This document shows, one piece after another, positions 10,211 through 20,792 of a stretch of DNA of 42,597 nucleotides. The DNA is from Candidatus Nitrotoga sp. (GTDB taxonomy: Bacteria > Pseudomonadota > Gammaproteobacteria > Burkholderiales > Gallionellaceae): the NCBI GenBank assembly GCA_044337935.1, contig JBIIMQ010000001.1, positions 1-42,597 of the forward strand. The letters run 5' to 3'. Position 1 is the first letter of the stretch, and the number at the start of each line of letters is the position of its first letter. The notes beneath the pieces are model-generated. The model was given only the letters and a program-made list of their open reading frames with translations. It was not told where the DNA came from and made no database searches. A program made the position numbers and the translations under genes.

Positions 10211-11116
10211 TCAACTTCCTTCTTTCCAGGAAAGAAAAACAAATTTGCGTATAGTACCCAGATCAATTTTGACTACCGCTTCACGTATGAACACTGTCCC
10301 ATCCGGTAATGTTGCTTCGATTCGAATGTTATACGTAGAGTCGGTATTATCTGCCACGATCGCGGCAGCTGGTGCAAATGGTGGGGGCGGTAGATTTTTT
10401 TCCAGGGCATTTTGACGCGCTTCAAGATAAGCATCGACCAGCTCTGCATTGGCGCCGGGTAATGCCAGTAAAACTATTTTGGGGGCAACGGCTGCATTTA
10501 TTCCTGATTTATGGGAATCAACAGTCAGTGCATCCTCTAGTTGGGTATACAGGTCGGGTGTCATGCCCAATACTCGCCGTAATTCGCTGACTATTTCAAA
10601 TGGAGAATTGGGCGGGCGATATTTCAATCCGGCAGCTTTGTATTCGGCTGCTTCGGCACCTTGTGGTCGTGGCAAATCATCGTTGTCGCGCCAATCTGTA
10701 ATCGTATCCAACAAGACATGACTTTTTTCATCGGTTATACCGATACTTTTGAACAGGCCCATCAGTAAATCGTCCGAGGCGCTGTTGAGGTCAATTTTTC
10801 CGGCAGCATCCAGAATTGTGATGTTGAGCTTGGCTCCGCCGAATTCCCATTGATGCAGCATGCCATCGCCTTTCCATCGCTGCAAATCGCTAGCCGGCTT
10901 GAGCAGCTCAAAGAGTGCTCGTTGTACGCCGGCATCCGCTATTGCCTGGGCACGTGCAATCGCTGCCAGATTTTGCGCCAACAGCGTATCTGTACGCGTG
11001 CTGAAAGCAAAGCTGGCAGCAATGACTGTCAACAGTGTGGTTGCCCACAACACCAATACCAGTGCAATACCGTGTTGTTGCTTTTTATAAGTCACGGTCT
11101 TTATCCACGTACGCAT
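10211..11116 (-). CDS. gspK: Type II secretion minor pseudopilin GspK
   Basis: Prepilin-like QHG|IALVLVLW lacking E5, GKIDLNSA, DWRDND, ELRRVLG motifs. Confidence 0.92.
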   Translation of the reverse strand: MRTWIKTVTYKKQQHGIALVLVLWATTLLTVIAASFAFSTRTDTLLAQNLAAIARAQAIADAGVQRALFELLKPASDLQRWKGDGMLHQWEFGGAKLNITILDAAGKIDLNSASDDLLMGLFKSIGITDEKSHVLLDTITDWRDNDDLPRPQGAEAAEYKAAGLKYRPPNSPFEIVSELRRVLGMTPDLYTQLEDALTVDSHKSGINAAVAPKIVLLALPGANAELVDAYLEARQNALEKNLPPPPFAPAAAIVADNTDSTYNIRIEATLPDGTVFIREAVVKIDLGTIRKFVFLSWKEGS

Positions 11117-11787
11117 TTGTTGGAGGGGCTATCCCAAACACAGCCGGTATCGGGTCCAATTAAGGGCGCTACTATTAAATCCGGCCAAGCGCGCCCGTTA
11201 CTGAATTTAATCCGCATACGGATCAGGTAGGGTAATTGCTGTTGGTTATCCCGGCTTCCCCATTGGTCCTGCCATTGCGGTTCGGCATCTTTGGTTTCAG
11301 CACCAAAATAGGCGAAACTTAATTCCTCCACATGGTCTGCCAGCACGATTTTTTCAACTTTTTCTGAATGTTCCAGTGCGGCAAAGTCGATGCTGTCTGC
11401 ATCTGGAATTGCCCGCCTCATCACCAGTTGGTTATCATCATTATCCTGTATCAATTCCAGACTGATTAGAAACAGCCCGCCTGTATCCAATCTTGCGGTT
11501 ATCGGCGCCACCAGTTTGATGCTGTCCGATTGACCAATGAATGCCAGATTCATGTCGGCCTTTTTCTTCCAGTGGAAGGGTGTTATCTGGCTTAAGTTAC
11601 GCCGCAAGAATCCTTGTAATAAAGCCAGATGTGTTGAGTTTTCTGAGTGGGTTTCACCGGCGTCCCAGCTGTGTGCGCCCAGACGCATGCCGCTAAACAA
11701 CAAGGCTAGAATAAAACCCAGCAAAGACAGGGCGATTAGTAGTTCCAGCAAAGTGAAGCCGGTAATTTTAAGCTTGTTTGGGCTCAC
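11101..11787 (-). CDS. gspJ: Type II secretion minor pseudopilin GspJ
   Basis: G|FTLLELLIAL prepilin motif, C-terminal W...LP.LIR...WPDL; GTG start overlaps the gspI stop. Confidence 0.88.
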   Translation of the reverse strand: MSPNKLKITGFTLLELLIALSLLGFILALLFSGMRLGAHSWDAGETHSENSTHLALLQGFLRRNLSQITPFHWKKKADMNLAFIGQSDSIKLVAPITARLDTGGLFLISLELIQDNDDNQLVMRRAIPDADSIDFAALEHSEKVEKIVLADHVEELSFAYFGAETKDAEPQWQDQWGSRDNQQQLPYLIRMRIKFSNGRAWPDLIVAPLIGPDTGCVWDSPSNKCVRG

Positions 11788-12203
11788 GGCGCTCCTCCAT
11801 TTGCCAGCCGCAGTGTTTTAAGGCTGGCCGAGCGAGGTTTGTCGCTGCCGCCCCAGAGGATTTGGATTTCTACTTCCAGCAGCGATATGGGTAAAATCGG
11901 CGCGGGTGCTCCAGTTTGGTCGGTAGTTTGTGCCGTGGCTGTTAAATAGGGGCGAATGCTAAGTTGCCAGTGGTAAACGTCATTAAATTCGCCATTGCTT
12001 TCACTAATTTTCAGCGGTGTCTCAATGCCAACCGATGCTAATTTGTTTTGTCCCAGTAATATTGCTTGCTGGTATTCATCAACACGACTGATATTGCGCA
12101 AACCACCGGAAAAAATTTGCATTGATATGCTCAATATCAGTGCAAGAATTACAAATGCCACCAGTACCTCAAGCAAGGAAAAGCCGCGATTATATTTATT
12201 CAT
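11784..12203 (-). CDS. gspI: Type II secretion minor pseudopilin GspI
   Basis: RG|FSLLEVLVAF prepilin motif, C-terminal LKTLRL; operon position. Confidence 0.88.
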   Translation of the reverse strand: MNKYNRGFSLLEVLVAFVILALILSISMQIFSGGLRNISRVDEYQQAILLGQNKLASVGIETPLKISESNGEFNDVYHWQLSIRPYLTATAQTTDQTGAPAPILPISLLEVEIQILWGGSDKPRSASLKTLRLANGGAP

Positions 12204-12358
12204 GCTTAAGGGAACGGCTAGTAAGTAACTTGAGCATTTTCACGGATTTTAATGGGTCCAATGTCATATTGCTGACACTTGTTATGTGCTGTCTGTTAAT
12301 GGTTGCATGAGATGTATACAACTAAAGGTTCAAGAATGTTCAGATTTTATACATCCTT

Positions 12359-12814
12359 TTAATTGAGAATGGTGACTTGGCCGGTTAGCCAATCGACATT
12401 AACATCGTACGACCGGGTATCGGATTTAACCGTGATACGACCGCCAGTGGAGCTTCCGTCCGGGTAAAAGCGAATTGAGCCAATCCGGCCGGGTAGTAGT
12501 TCGGATTGCGCTGTATATAGGCTGATATTCAATGTTGCGGGTAGTGTGTGGCGGAGTTGATCACCACTGACTTTAAAATTACGTTTTTCAACATCCAGTG
12601 TCAATGTTGACTCTATCCTTTGTGTGATTGCCTTGCTGCGTGCTTGACGTAAGCCGGCGGCCAGTTGACGTGCTGCGCCTTTTAGTTCGATGCCGGGTAG
12701 GCTGGCAGAGATCATTGGTATTGCCAAGGCATAGATCATTGCCATTAGCGTCAGTACGACCAGCAGCTCAAACAAGGTAAAGCCGGCGCTAATCCGCGAT
12801 TTTATTCGCCCCAA
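12359..12814 (-). CDS. gspH: Type II secretion minor pseudopilin GspH (GspH/FimT family)
   Basis: AG|FTLFELLVVL, IRFYPDGSSTGG, VDWLTGQV motifs; TTG start overlaps the gspG end. Confidence 0.9.
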   Translation of the reverse strand: MGRIKSRISAGFTLFELLVVLTLMAMIYALAIPMISASLPGIELKGAARQLAAGLRQARSKAITQRIESTLTLDVEKRNFKVSGDQLRHTLPATLNISLYTAQSELLPGRIGSIRFYPDGSSTGGRITVKSDTRSYDVNVDWLTGQVTILN

Positions 12815-13242
12815 TTATTGATATCCTTATTTTCGCCCTCGCCACCTTCACGGTTATCAAGACCCAGTGAGCTGATATCAAAATCTTTATTGTGTTGTCC
12901 TGGTGAAGTGTAATGGTAATCGTTGCCCCACGGATCTTTGGGTACTACTTTGGATCCCTTGATATAGGGGCCGTTCCAACCGGTCACGCCGGCGGGAGCC
13001 TCGATCAATGCCGTCAAACCTTCCTGCGAGCTGGGATAACGCCCTGTTTCGAGTTTGAATAGTTCCAGGCTTTGACTAAATTGCTCGATTTGTAGTTTGC
13101 CCGTTTTGCTTTTTGAGGTGCCAAGATAATCCATCACCTTTGGCCCTACCAGACCAGCCAGCAGGCCCAGAATTACCAGCACAACCAGCAACTCAAGTAA
13201 GGTAAATCCTCTTCCCTTCCGTATCCGATTCATTTTGTTCAT
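12802..13242 (-). CDS. gspG: Type II secretion major pseudopilin GspG
   Basis: RG|FTLLELLVVLVILGLLAGLVGP, GRYPSSQEGL, WNGPY, PKDPWG, SLGLDNREGGEGENKDI. Start taken at ATG 13242 (alternatives 13233, 13257). Confidence 0.96.
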   Translation of the reverse strand: MNKMNRIRKGRGFTLLELLVVLVILGLLAGLVGPKVMDYLGTSKSKTGKLQIEQFSQSLELFKLETGRYPSSQEGLTALIEAPAGVTGWNGPYIKGSKVVPKDPWGNDYHYTSPGQHNKDFDISSLGLDNREGGEGENKDINNWGE

Positions 13243-13344
13243 AGCATTATTTTCCAAAAGTAGATCATTTTCATTTTCGTGCGCAATTAATATTTTTCGA
13301 ACTCATCATTAGGTTTATGGCGGAGATTGGTTCTTGGTGCTTGA

Positions 13345-14565
13345 TCACATTGCCAAGTCATTGACACTGAGAATGGCGAGCAGAATTGACATAATAATAC
13401 CGCCAATCAATAACCCCAGCCCTAAAATTAGTATCGGCTCCATCAGGTTCAATAAACGTTTGACCGTTGTTTGTACCTCATTGTCGTATACATCTGCAAC
13501 GCGTAGCAGCATTTTTTCAAGCTGCCCGGTTTCTTCACCAACCATTACCATGTGAACCGCAAGTTTGGGGAACAAGCCAGCATCCATCATTGGCTTGCCC
13601 AATCCTAATCCTTGTTTGAGCTGCATTGCCACTCTGTCAAGTCCTTCGGCCATGACGCTATTATTCAAGGTTTCTTTGATTATAAAGAGCGCGTTCAATA
13701 GTGTTACGCCATTTCCCAATAAAGTGCCCAAACTACGACTAAAGCGAGCCACTTCAATTTTTGCCACCAAGTCACCTATCAGTGGCAGGCCAAGAAAAAT
13801 TTTATCCCAACGGTAACGGCTGGTGGGATTGTTCATTTGCTGGCGCAGCAACGCATAAATGGTTAACGCCCCGGCCAATAGTATCCACCAGTCATGGCGA
13901 AGAAAATCACCGGCAGCGATAACGATTTGTGTCGGTAGTGGCAGGGCTTTGCCGGATTGCTGAAACATCAGGGAAAATTGCGGGATCACGAAAATCAGCA
14001 ACATCATCACCGAGGTAACAGCCACCATTATTAGTATGGCGGGATAAATTAGTGCGGAGACGACCGTTTGTTTGAGTGCTTTGGTGCGCTCCATGAATTC
14101 GGTGATGCGCGTTAGCACCGGGCCCAGTGCGCCGCCGGCTTCGCCAGCGCGTACCATATTGAGATAGAACCGGGAAAACACGCCTTTCTGTGCTTCCATG
14201 GCTGCGGAAAGTGAGGCCCCGCCGCGTACATCATCACGTATTTGTGCCAGCAAATTACGGATTTTGTCATTTTCCGATAATTCGACCAAAATCTCCAATG
14301 CACGATCAAGTGGCAGACCCGCTTGTAGTAATGTTGCAATTTCACTCGTGAAGACGCCAATTTCTGCCTGGGTAATTCGACCGGGGCGCAGCCATTTGAA
14401 AGAGGTGTTTTCTGCAGATTTTTTCAGTGGTGCCAGTTCAACCAGAATCGGAAGATAGCCCATGGCCTGCAAACGGCTTATTACCGCTTCATCGGTGCGG
14501 GCTTCCATTGTGCCTTCCAATGTTTCCCCAGCCGGATTAACCGCGTTGTATTGAAACATCGGCAA
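13345..14565 (-). CDS. gspF: Type II secretion inner membrane platform protein GspF
   Basis: Two T2SSF repeats: YLNMVRAGEAGG, ALIYPAIL, LPLPTQ, VGEETGQLE, LMEPILIL. Confidence 0.95.
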   Translation of the reverse strand: MPMFQYNAVNPAGETLEGTMEARTDEAVISRLQAMGYLPILVELAPLKKSAENTSFKWLRPGRITQAEIGVFTSEIATLLQAGLPLDRALEILVELSENDKIRNLLAQIRDDVRGGASLSAAMEAQKGVFSRFYLNMVRAGEAGGALGPVLTRITEFMERTKALKQTVVSALIYPAILIMVAVTSVMMLLIFVIPQFSLMFQQSGKALPLPTQIVIAAGDFLRHDWWILLAGALTIYALLRQQMNNPTSRYRWDKIFLGLPLIGDLVAKIEVARFSRSLGTLLGNGVTLLNALFIIKETLNNSVMAEGLDRVAMQLKQGLGLGKPMMDAGLFPKLAVHMVMVGEETGQLEKMLLRVADVYDNEVQTTVKRLLNLMEPILILGLGLLIGGIIMSILLAILSVNDLAM

Positions 14566-14567
14566 AA

Positions 14568-16262
14568 TCAGGTCTCCCGCGTCACGCGCAATACTTCCTC
14601 GATGGTCGTGATTCCGGCCATGACTTTGCGCAAGCCGTTATCAAACATGGTACGCATGCCTTGATCGATTGCCAGTTTGCGTATTTCACCGGCAGTTGCA
14701 TGTTGCATTACCAGGCTACGAATACCATCGCTCATTGGAAGCATTTCAACAATACTGACCCGGCCAATATAACCGGTGTGACCACAGTGGGGGCAGCCAA
14801 CGGCATGATAAAGTTCAATCGGGCGCGCTGCGGTAAAGCGGTGTAGTTCCAGTTCATCGACTATTTCAGGCAGCACCGTTTGCAGTTGGCGACAATGTTC
14901 GCATAATGTGCGCACCAGGCGCTGTGCTAAAATGCCGATAACCGTGGAGGTCAACAGATAATCATCCATGCCCATATCGAGCAGGCGGTTGATGGTGCTG
15001 GCGGCATCGTTGGTGTGCAGGGTGGACAGCACCAGATGGCCGGTAAGTGCGGCTTGTACAGCAATTTGAGCGGTTTCCAAATCGCGTATTTCACCGATCA
15101 TGATAACGTCCGGATCTTGGCGCACTATGGAGCGAAGGGCATTTGCAAAAGTAAGGCCAATCTGCGCTTTGACTTGAATCTGATTGACGCCTTCTATTTG
15201 ATATTCGACAGGATCTTCAACAGTGAGTATTTTGACATTCGATTTATTCAATGTTTGCAATGCGGTGTAAAGCGTGGTGGTTTTACCGCTGCCGGTTGGG
15301 CCGGTGGTCAGAATAATACCGTGGGGTTGTTGTAATACTTCCGTGAATACTTTGAGTACATCCTCATCAAACCCAAGCGCGGTAAAATCCAAGGCGGTTT
15401 CACTTTTATCGAGAATCCGCATGACTACGCTTTCGCCGTGCATGGTAGGCACGGTCGAAATACGCAAATCGATTTCCTTGTTTTGAATTCGTAATTTGAT
15501 TCGGCCATCTTGCGGCAGGCGCCGCTCCGCAATATCCAGGCTCGCCATGATTTTAATACGCGATATGACGGCAGCAGACAGGCGACGTGGTGGCGATTCT
15601 ACCTCGTGCATTACACCGTCTACCCGGTAACGTACGATTAGGCGATTTTCGAATGGTTCGATGTGAATGTCAGATGCGCGTGCTTTCAGCGCGTGGCCAA
15701 TAATCAAATTAACTAAACGAATGACCGGTGCTTCACTGGCGAGATCTTTAAGCTGTTGCACGTTGTCGCTTGCATTTTCTTCCCCAAGGGTTTCAATGTC
15801 GCCAACAATTTCTCCCATTGAAGTTTTGTCGGTGCCATAAAGACGTTCGAAGGCACTTTCCATATCCTGCGGGACTGCTACACGCACAATAACCGAACGA
15901 TGTGTCAGCAAGCCAAAAGCATTGATGACGTATTGATCGAGCGGATCCACTAGTGCCAGCACTAATTGGTAGTCATCTTCATGTAGCGGCAATGCTTTGG
16001 ATTCTTTGAGGAAACGCACGGATACATGTTCTTCCAGCAAGGGGACTTGGGGATAATCGGCTGGTTCTGCTAGAGCGAGGCCAAGTTGTGCCGCCAATGC
16101 TTCTGCTATATCACGGGCGGAGACCACGCCAAGCTTCAATAAGAGCGCGCCGATACGCTCATGATCGCCGTTCTCGCTATTTTGCAAGGCTAGCGCACGT
16201 TCTAATTCGAGTACATTCAGCTTTCCTTGCTCAACCAACCATTCTCCTAAACGTTTTCTCAA
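14568..16262 (-). CDS. gspE: Type II secretion ATPase GspE with N-terminal MshEN domain
   Basis: RASDIHIEP, Walker A GPTGSGKTT, TVEDPVE, RQDPDVIMIGEIRD, TGHLVLSTLH, tetra-Cys CEHC/CPHC; two N-terminal RLG/RIG...Q motifs; TTG start. Confidence 0.96.
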   Translation of the reverse strand: MRKRLGEWLVEQGKLNVLELERALALQNSENGDHERIGALLLKLGVVSARDIAEALAAQLGLALAEPADYPQVPLLEEHVSVRFLKESKALPLHEDDYQLVLALVDPLDQYVINAFGLLTHRSVIVRVAVPQDMESAFERLYGTDKTSMGEIVGDIETLGEENASDNVQQLKDLASEAPVIRLVNLIIGHALKARASDIHIEPFENRLIVRYRVDGVMHEVESPPRRLSAAVISRIKIMASLDIAERRLPQDGRIKLRIQNKEIDLRISTVPTMHGESVVMRILDKSETALDFTALGFDEDVLKVFTEVLQQPHGIILTTGPTGSGKTTTLYTALQTLNKSNVKILTVEDPVEYQIEGVNQIQVKAQIGLTFANALRSIVRQDPDVIMIGEIRDLETAQIAVQAALTGHLVLSTLHTNDAASTINRLLDMGMDDYLLTSTVIGILAQRLVRTLCEHCRQLQTVLPEIVDELELHRFTAARPIELYHAVGCPHCGHTGYIGRVSIVEMLPMSDGIRSLVMQHATAGEIRKLAIDQGMRTMFDNGLRKVMAGITTIEEVLRVTRET

Positions 16263-16352
16263 CTTGAGGCTTTCTGTGCGAAAAAGTGTTGAAATAGTAT
16301 CACGAACGTAGGGGTTCCCATGTCAAGCTACCTGACGGCTGTCAATGGGTAG

Positions 16353-17177
16353 TTAGGGATAAAATAAAAATAAGCGATATCCGGTTGGTTTGATGTCGGT
16401 AGTGTTGAGGTACAGTTTGATGCCCATTTCATAGTTGGGTGATATCCCTTGTTTTTCATCTTCGGTGGGTTTGAGATATTCTGCCGGGGGAAAGATGCGA
16501 CGTGCAAGTACTTCATCCATTGAGTTGGTGAAGGTAAGTTCGAGGTTGGGATAGGCTTGTGCATAGGGTGCGCGGTTTCGCAGAAGGGCATTTAACATAA
16601 TGACGCCCGTTTGTTTCGTGTCGGACTCCAGCTCGGATGACTCAAGGCTAAGTAGGTCAATTTTTTGCGGTAATGGAATATTGCAGCCGATCAGCTCACA
16701 GTAAGATACGAGTGTAGGCTTGATACCTGGAAAATATGTGGCAAGCTCGACTCGAAGAAAATAGGCAGTCTGTGCAAGTAACACTATGAACAATAAAAAT
16801 GTGATTGCGATCCCCGGCCAACGAGCTTTCCTTTTGGTGATTCCGGAATTGTCTTGCGGTAATTCATCTTTGTTGGGGATAACGAACTGACTGAAATTAT
16901 AGGTATCGGGGGTGGGGGCGGTTTGTTCTACCGGGCTTTCGATAGGCTCTGCCTGTAATTCAATAGGTGCTGCCTGTAAAGGTGGTGCTGCCTGTATTTC
17001 ATCCAGAATCAGGGCCAGGGTTAGTTGCGGACTGGGTTCGTTATCATGTAATTGTGTTGTTGCGTTAAATACACACTGGCAGCGGCCGCATCGCACCATG
17101 CCTTGATACATATCCAGCTGGGATTGGCTGACCCTGAAACGGGTACTGCAGTCGGGGCATTGGGTGATTTCGCTCAT
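16353..17177 (-). CDS. Zinc-ribbon (MJ0042-type) and DUF3426 domain membrane protein
   Basis: TQCPDCSTRFRV...VRCGRC zinc ribbon, TM helix, LRNRAPYAQAYPNLELT, GYRLFLFYP terminus. ATG 17177 overlaps the prmA stop (ATGA). Confidence 0.88.
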   Translation of the reverse strand: MSEITQCPDCSTRFRVSQSQLDMYQGMVRCGRCQCVFNATTQLHDNEPSPQLTLALILDEIQAAPPLQAAPIELQAEPIESPVEQTAPTPDTYNFSQFVIPNKDELPQDNSGITKRKARWPGIAITFLLFIVLLAQTAYFLRVELATYFPGIKPTLVSYCELIGCNIPLPQKIDLLSLESSELESDTKQTGVIMLNALLRNRAPYAQAYPNLELTFTNSMDEVLARRIFPPAEYLKPTEDEKQGISPNYEMGIKLYLNTTDIKPTGYRLFLFYP

Positions 17178-18064
17178 CGTTTTATTCCGGATAAGCATGC
17201 CCAACCCTCTTCTATGGTCGGTGGGGTGAAGTCGAACCATTGATTATAGATTTCCATGGTGTCGTCGGCTTGTTCGCTGAGTACGCCGGATAACACAATT
17301 TGGCCGCCTTGTCGTGTTGAGACTGCAAGCAATGGGGCGAGCATTTTGAGAGGGTTGGTAAGAATATTGGCGATTACAATATCAGCCTGCTGCTTCAGCG
17401 CGGTGTCAGGCAGGAAGAATTGCGCGTCAACTTGGTTAATCATTGCGTTGTCGCGGCTGGCCTGCACAGCTTGCGCATCCAAGTCCACACCGGTAGCGCT
17501 GGCCGCACCCAGCTTGAGTGCAGTGATGGCCAGAATGCCTGATCCGCAGCCATAATCCAGAACGGATTCTCCTCCGCGTAAATGATCGTCCAGCCAGCGC
17601 AGACATAAACGGGTTGTGGGGTGGCTGCCGGTTCCAAAAGCTAAACCAGGGTCGAGTGTAATGTTGATGGCGTCTGGATCAAGCGGGGTATGCCAAGTGG
17701 GCACAATCCACAGGCGCTGCGAAATGCGTATGGGATCGAACTGCAATTGAGTTAACCGAACCCAGTCGTTGTCTTCTAGGGTTGTGATGACGTATTCCGG
17801 TGGTTGTTTTAACCCGAGGGCTTGTGTTGCCTCTAGCATGATTGCGTCGATGGGCGAGTTTTTATCAAACAGAGCGGTCATGCGATTGTGCGACCACAGT
17901 CCGGGGGCAGGTTCGCCCGGCTCGCCAAAGATGGCTTGCTCATTCAGGGTGTCAACATCTGCATCATGGATGTCTACTGATAGTGCGCCGAGTGTCAGCA
18001 GCGTTTCACTCAGCGTTTCTGCCTGGGTTGCAGATGCGGTGATCGTCAGCGTGAGCCAAGCCAT
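17174..18064 (-). CDS. prmA: 50S ribosomal protein L11 methyltransferase
   Basis: LDPGLAFGTGSHPTT, VLDYGCGSGILA, ANILTNPL; conserved position after accC. Confidence 0.97.
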   Translation of the reverse strand: MAWLTLTITASATQAETLSETLLTLGALSVDIHDADVDTLNEQAIFGEPGEPAPGLWSHNRMTALFDKNSPIDAIMLEATQALGLKQPPEYVITTLEDNDWVRLTQLQFDPIRISQRLWIVPTWHTPLDPDAINITLDPGLAFGTGSHPTTRLCLRWLDDHLRGGESVLDYGCGSGILAITALKLGAASATGVDLDAQAVQASRDNAMINQVDAQFFLPDTALKQQADIVIANILTNPLKMLAPLLAVSTRQGGQIVLSGVLSEQADDTMEIYNQWFDFTPPTIEEGWACLSGIKR

Positions 18065-18065
18065 A

Positions 18066-19421
18066 TTATTTTACCTTGACGCGTTCAGCCAGCTTGTGTT
18101 CCAAATAGTGAATACTGGTGCCACCCCGTAGAAATGCGGCGTCCAACATCAATTCCTGATGTAGTGGAATATTGGTCTCAATACCTTCTACCGCCATTTC
18201 AGACAGGGCGGTTCGCATGCGGGCGATCGCTTGTTGGCGATTATCCCCGTAGGCAATAATTTTGCCTATCATGGAATCGTAATGTGGGGGCACGAAATAA
18301 TTGGCATACACGTGCGAATCCACGCGAATACCGGGACCACCGGGCGTGTGCCAGGTAGTAATACGACCGGCCGAAGGTGTGAATTTGTAAGGATGTTCGG
18401 CATTGATACGGCATTCGATAGCATGACCTTTGAGTTCAACATCATTTTGTTTGAATCCCAATTTTTCGCCAGCAGCGATACGAATCTGTTGCTTCACAAT
18501 GTCTATACCAGTGATCATTTCGCTGACAGGGTGTTCCACTTGCAGGCGGGTGTTCATTTCAATGAAGAAAAATTCATCATTTTCATACAGAAACTCGAAT
18601 GTGCCTGCGCCACGGTAACCGATCTTGCGACAGGCTGCCGCACAACGCTCACCGATTTTATTGCGAAGACGGGTATTAAGTAACGGTGCCGGTGCTTCTT
18701 CAAGAACTTTTTGATGCCGACGTTGCATTGAACAGTCACGTTCACCCAAATAGACCGCGTTGCCATAAGCATCAGCCAGTACCTGAAATTCGATATGGCG
18801 TGGATTTTGCAGAAACTTTTCCATGTATACCATGGGATTGTTGAACGCCGCCTGTGCTTCATTACGCGTCATGGCTACGGCATTGAGCAACGCCGCTTCG
18901 GTGTGTACCACGCGCATGCCGCGTCCACCCCCACCCCCGGCGGCTTTGATAATAACCGGGTAACCGATACTGCGTGCAATCTTTGTGATTTCGGCAGGGT
19001 TGTCAGGTAATGCGCCATCTACACCTGGAACACAAGGAATGCCCGCTTTTTTCATTGCATTTTTGGCGGATACCTTGTCGCCCATCAATCGAATGGTCTC
19101 CGGGCGCGGGCCAATAAAGACAAAACCGCTTTTTTCCACACGTTCAGCAAAATCAGCGTTTTCGGATAAAAAGCCATAACCTGGATGAATAGCTTGCGCA
19201 TCTGTGACTTCAGCTGCGCTAATAATGGAAGGAATATGCAGATAACTATTCAGCGAAGAAGCCGGACCAATGCATACCGATTCATCTGCCAATTTGACAT
19301 ACTTGGCATCTGCATCAGCCTCGGAATGAACCGCTACAGATTTAATACCCATCTCGCGACAGGCACGCTGAATTCTTAAGGCAATCTCGCCTCGATTTGC
19401 GATGAGAATTTTTTCAAACAT
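18066..19421 (-). CDS. accC: Acetyl-CoA carboxylase biotin carboxylase subunit
   Basis: [49 protein letters not shown]. Confidence 0.98.
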   Translation of the reverse strand: MFEKILIANRGEIALRIQRACREMGIKSVAVHSEADADAKYVKLADESVCIGPASSLNSYLHIPSIISAAEVTDAQAIHPGYGFLSENADFAERVEKSGFVFIGPRPETIRLMGDKVSAKNAMKKAGIPCVPGVDGALPDNPAEITKIARSIGYPVIIKAAGGGGGRGMRVVHTEAALLNAVAMTRNEAQAAFNNPMVYMEKFLQNPRHIEFQVLADAYGNAVYLGERDCSMQRRHQKVLEEAPAPLLNTRLRNKIGERCAAACRKIGYRGAGTFEFLYENDEFFFIEMNTRLQVEHPVSEMITGIDIVKQQIRIAAGEKLGFKQNDVELKGHAIECRINAEHPYKFTPSAGRITTWHTPGGPGIRVDSHVYANYFVPPHYDSMIGKIIAYGDNRQQAIARMRTALSEMAVEGIETNIPLHQELMLDAAFLRGGTSIHYLEHKLAERVKVK

Positions 19422-19424
19422 TAT

Positions 19425-19868
19425 TTAACCGATGACAAAAAGAGATTGACCATATTCCACCGGTTGACCGCTCTCGACGAGAATTGCACTAATGACACCG
19501 CTTTGGTCGGCTTCGATTTCATTAAGCAGTTTCATTGCTTCGATAATACAGAGGGTATCACCTGCATTTACGTTTTGACCGACTTCTACGAAAGGTTTCG
19601 CACCGGGAGAGGGGCTGCGGTAGAAGCTGCCGACCATGGGCGATTTCACGATGTGGCCATCGGGTAATGCAGGTTCAGTTGGTTCGGCAGGTGTATCGGC
19701 CAGCTGTGGTGCGGGTATGGCTTGATGTTGTGGAGCGGAATAAGTGTGTTGCCCCGCAGTACCAGAGCGCACAATACGTACGCGTTCTTCACCTTCGCTG
19801 ATTTCCAGCTCGGCAATTCCGGAACCTTCAACCAGTTCAATCAAGGTCTTGATTTTACGTAAATCCAT
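19425..19868 (-). CDS. accB: Biotin carboxyl carrier protein
   Basis: [20 protein letters not shown], biotinylation motif EAMK. Confidence 0.98.
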   Translation of the reverse strand: MDLRKIKTLIELVEGSGIAELEISEGEERVRIVRSGTAGQHTYSAPQHQAIPAPQLADTPAEPTEPALPDGHIVKSPMVGSFYRSPSPGAKPFVEVGQNVNAGDTLCIIEAMKLLNEIEADQSGVISAILVESGQPVEYGQSLFVIG

Positions 19869-19870
19869 GA

Positions 19871-20314
19871 TTAGCTCCTAACAGAATATTGCAGTGCGTA
19901 TTGCACCGCGAGTTCATAACCGGTTGCGCCTAGGCCGCTGATAATGCCAACAGCAATATCAGAGAAGTATGATTCCTTGCGGAATGGTTCGCGGGCGAAC
20001 ACATTGGAGAGATGTACTTCAATAAACGGGATGGCTACAGCCGCCAGTGCATCGCGCAAGGCTACACTGGTATGTGTAAAAGCAGCAGGGTTAATGACAA
20101 TAAAGTCAGTATTGTCTTGGCGTGCCGAATGTATGCGATCCACCAAGGCAGATTCAGAGTTGCTCTGGAAATGCAACAAATTGGCACCGTTTTTTTGCAC
20201 TAGCTGCTGCAATTTGTTGTTAATTTCATTCAATGTAATATGGCCATATACGCCTGGCTCACGACTGCCGAGCAGGTTCAGATTAGGGCCATGTAGAACC
20301 AGGATGGTTTTCAT
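19871..20314 (-). CDS. aroQ: Type II 3-dehydroquinate dehydratase
   Basis: [34 protein letters not shown]; start taken at ATG 20314. Confidence 0.97.
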   Translation of the reverse strand: MKTILVLHGPNLNLLGSREPGVYGHITLNEINNKLQQLVQKNGANLLHFQSNSESALVDRIHSARQDNTDFIVINPAAFTHTSVALRDALAAVAIPFIEVHLSNVFAREPFRKESYFSDIAVGIISGLGATGYELAVQYALQYSVRS

Positions 20315-20377
20315 GGGTACAGTTTGCCGCAAATTAGGACAAGTTGTCTATATTTTAGATGAAATTGAGCGAAGTAA

Positions 20378-20791
20378 TTAGGCGGATCGTTCTTCTTGCA
20401 AACGTTTACGCAATTCTTCAGTCGTAAAGATGGGGGGCATAAAGCTTCCTCGTAACGCGAGAAGATCTTTTTCGACACTCACCAGTGCATCTACTCTGGC
20501 TTTGTGTGCCACTGCTAAAAAAATCTGAACAAATAATCCATGCGACGGCATCCAGCTGGATATGGCGGCTGTTTCGCAGTACGGGAAAAAATCATCCAGT
20601 AATAAATCCTGCTCTGCGATCGAAAGATTGAATTTTGGATAATTTAATGAATTGAACAAGTCTTCTTTTGTCGCATCGCTAATTACCGGGCGAATTGCTT
20701 TTTCCTGCCATGCTTTTTTTAGCCAAGCCAAATTTCCATTGGAGAACATCAATGCGGAGAGTATTACATTGGTATCAAGAACGACGCGCAT
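20378..20791 (-). CDS. PIN-domain (TIGR00305/PIN_3-like) toxin homologue, active site apparently degenerate
   Basis: MRVVLDTNVILSAL, YPKF, and ALVSVEKDLL (family pattern LVSGDxDLL); the usual CRDPxD segment is absent. Confidence 0.8.
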   Translation of the reverse strand: MRVVLDTNVILSALMFSNGNLAWLKKAWQEKAIRPVISDATKEDLFNSLNYPKFNLSIAEQDLLLDDFFPYCETAAISSWMPSHGLFVQIFLAVAHKARVDALVSVEKDLLALRGSFMPPIFTTEELRKRLQEERSA

Positions 20792-20792
20792 G

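Noticed and set aside
12311-12355. GATGTATA...TATACATC inverted repeat resembling NsrR half-sites
   Set aside because: The arms are 29 nt apart, incompatible with the 11-1-11 geometry, and an 8-bp repeat is plausible by chance in AT-rich DNA.
16294-16326. Minus-strand TTGACA and TACTAT upstream of gspE
   Set aside because: The 21-nt spacing is non-canonical. An extended -10 promoter is possible but not supportable.
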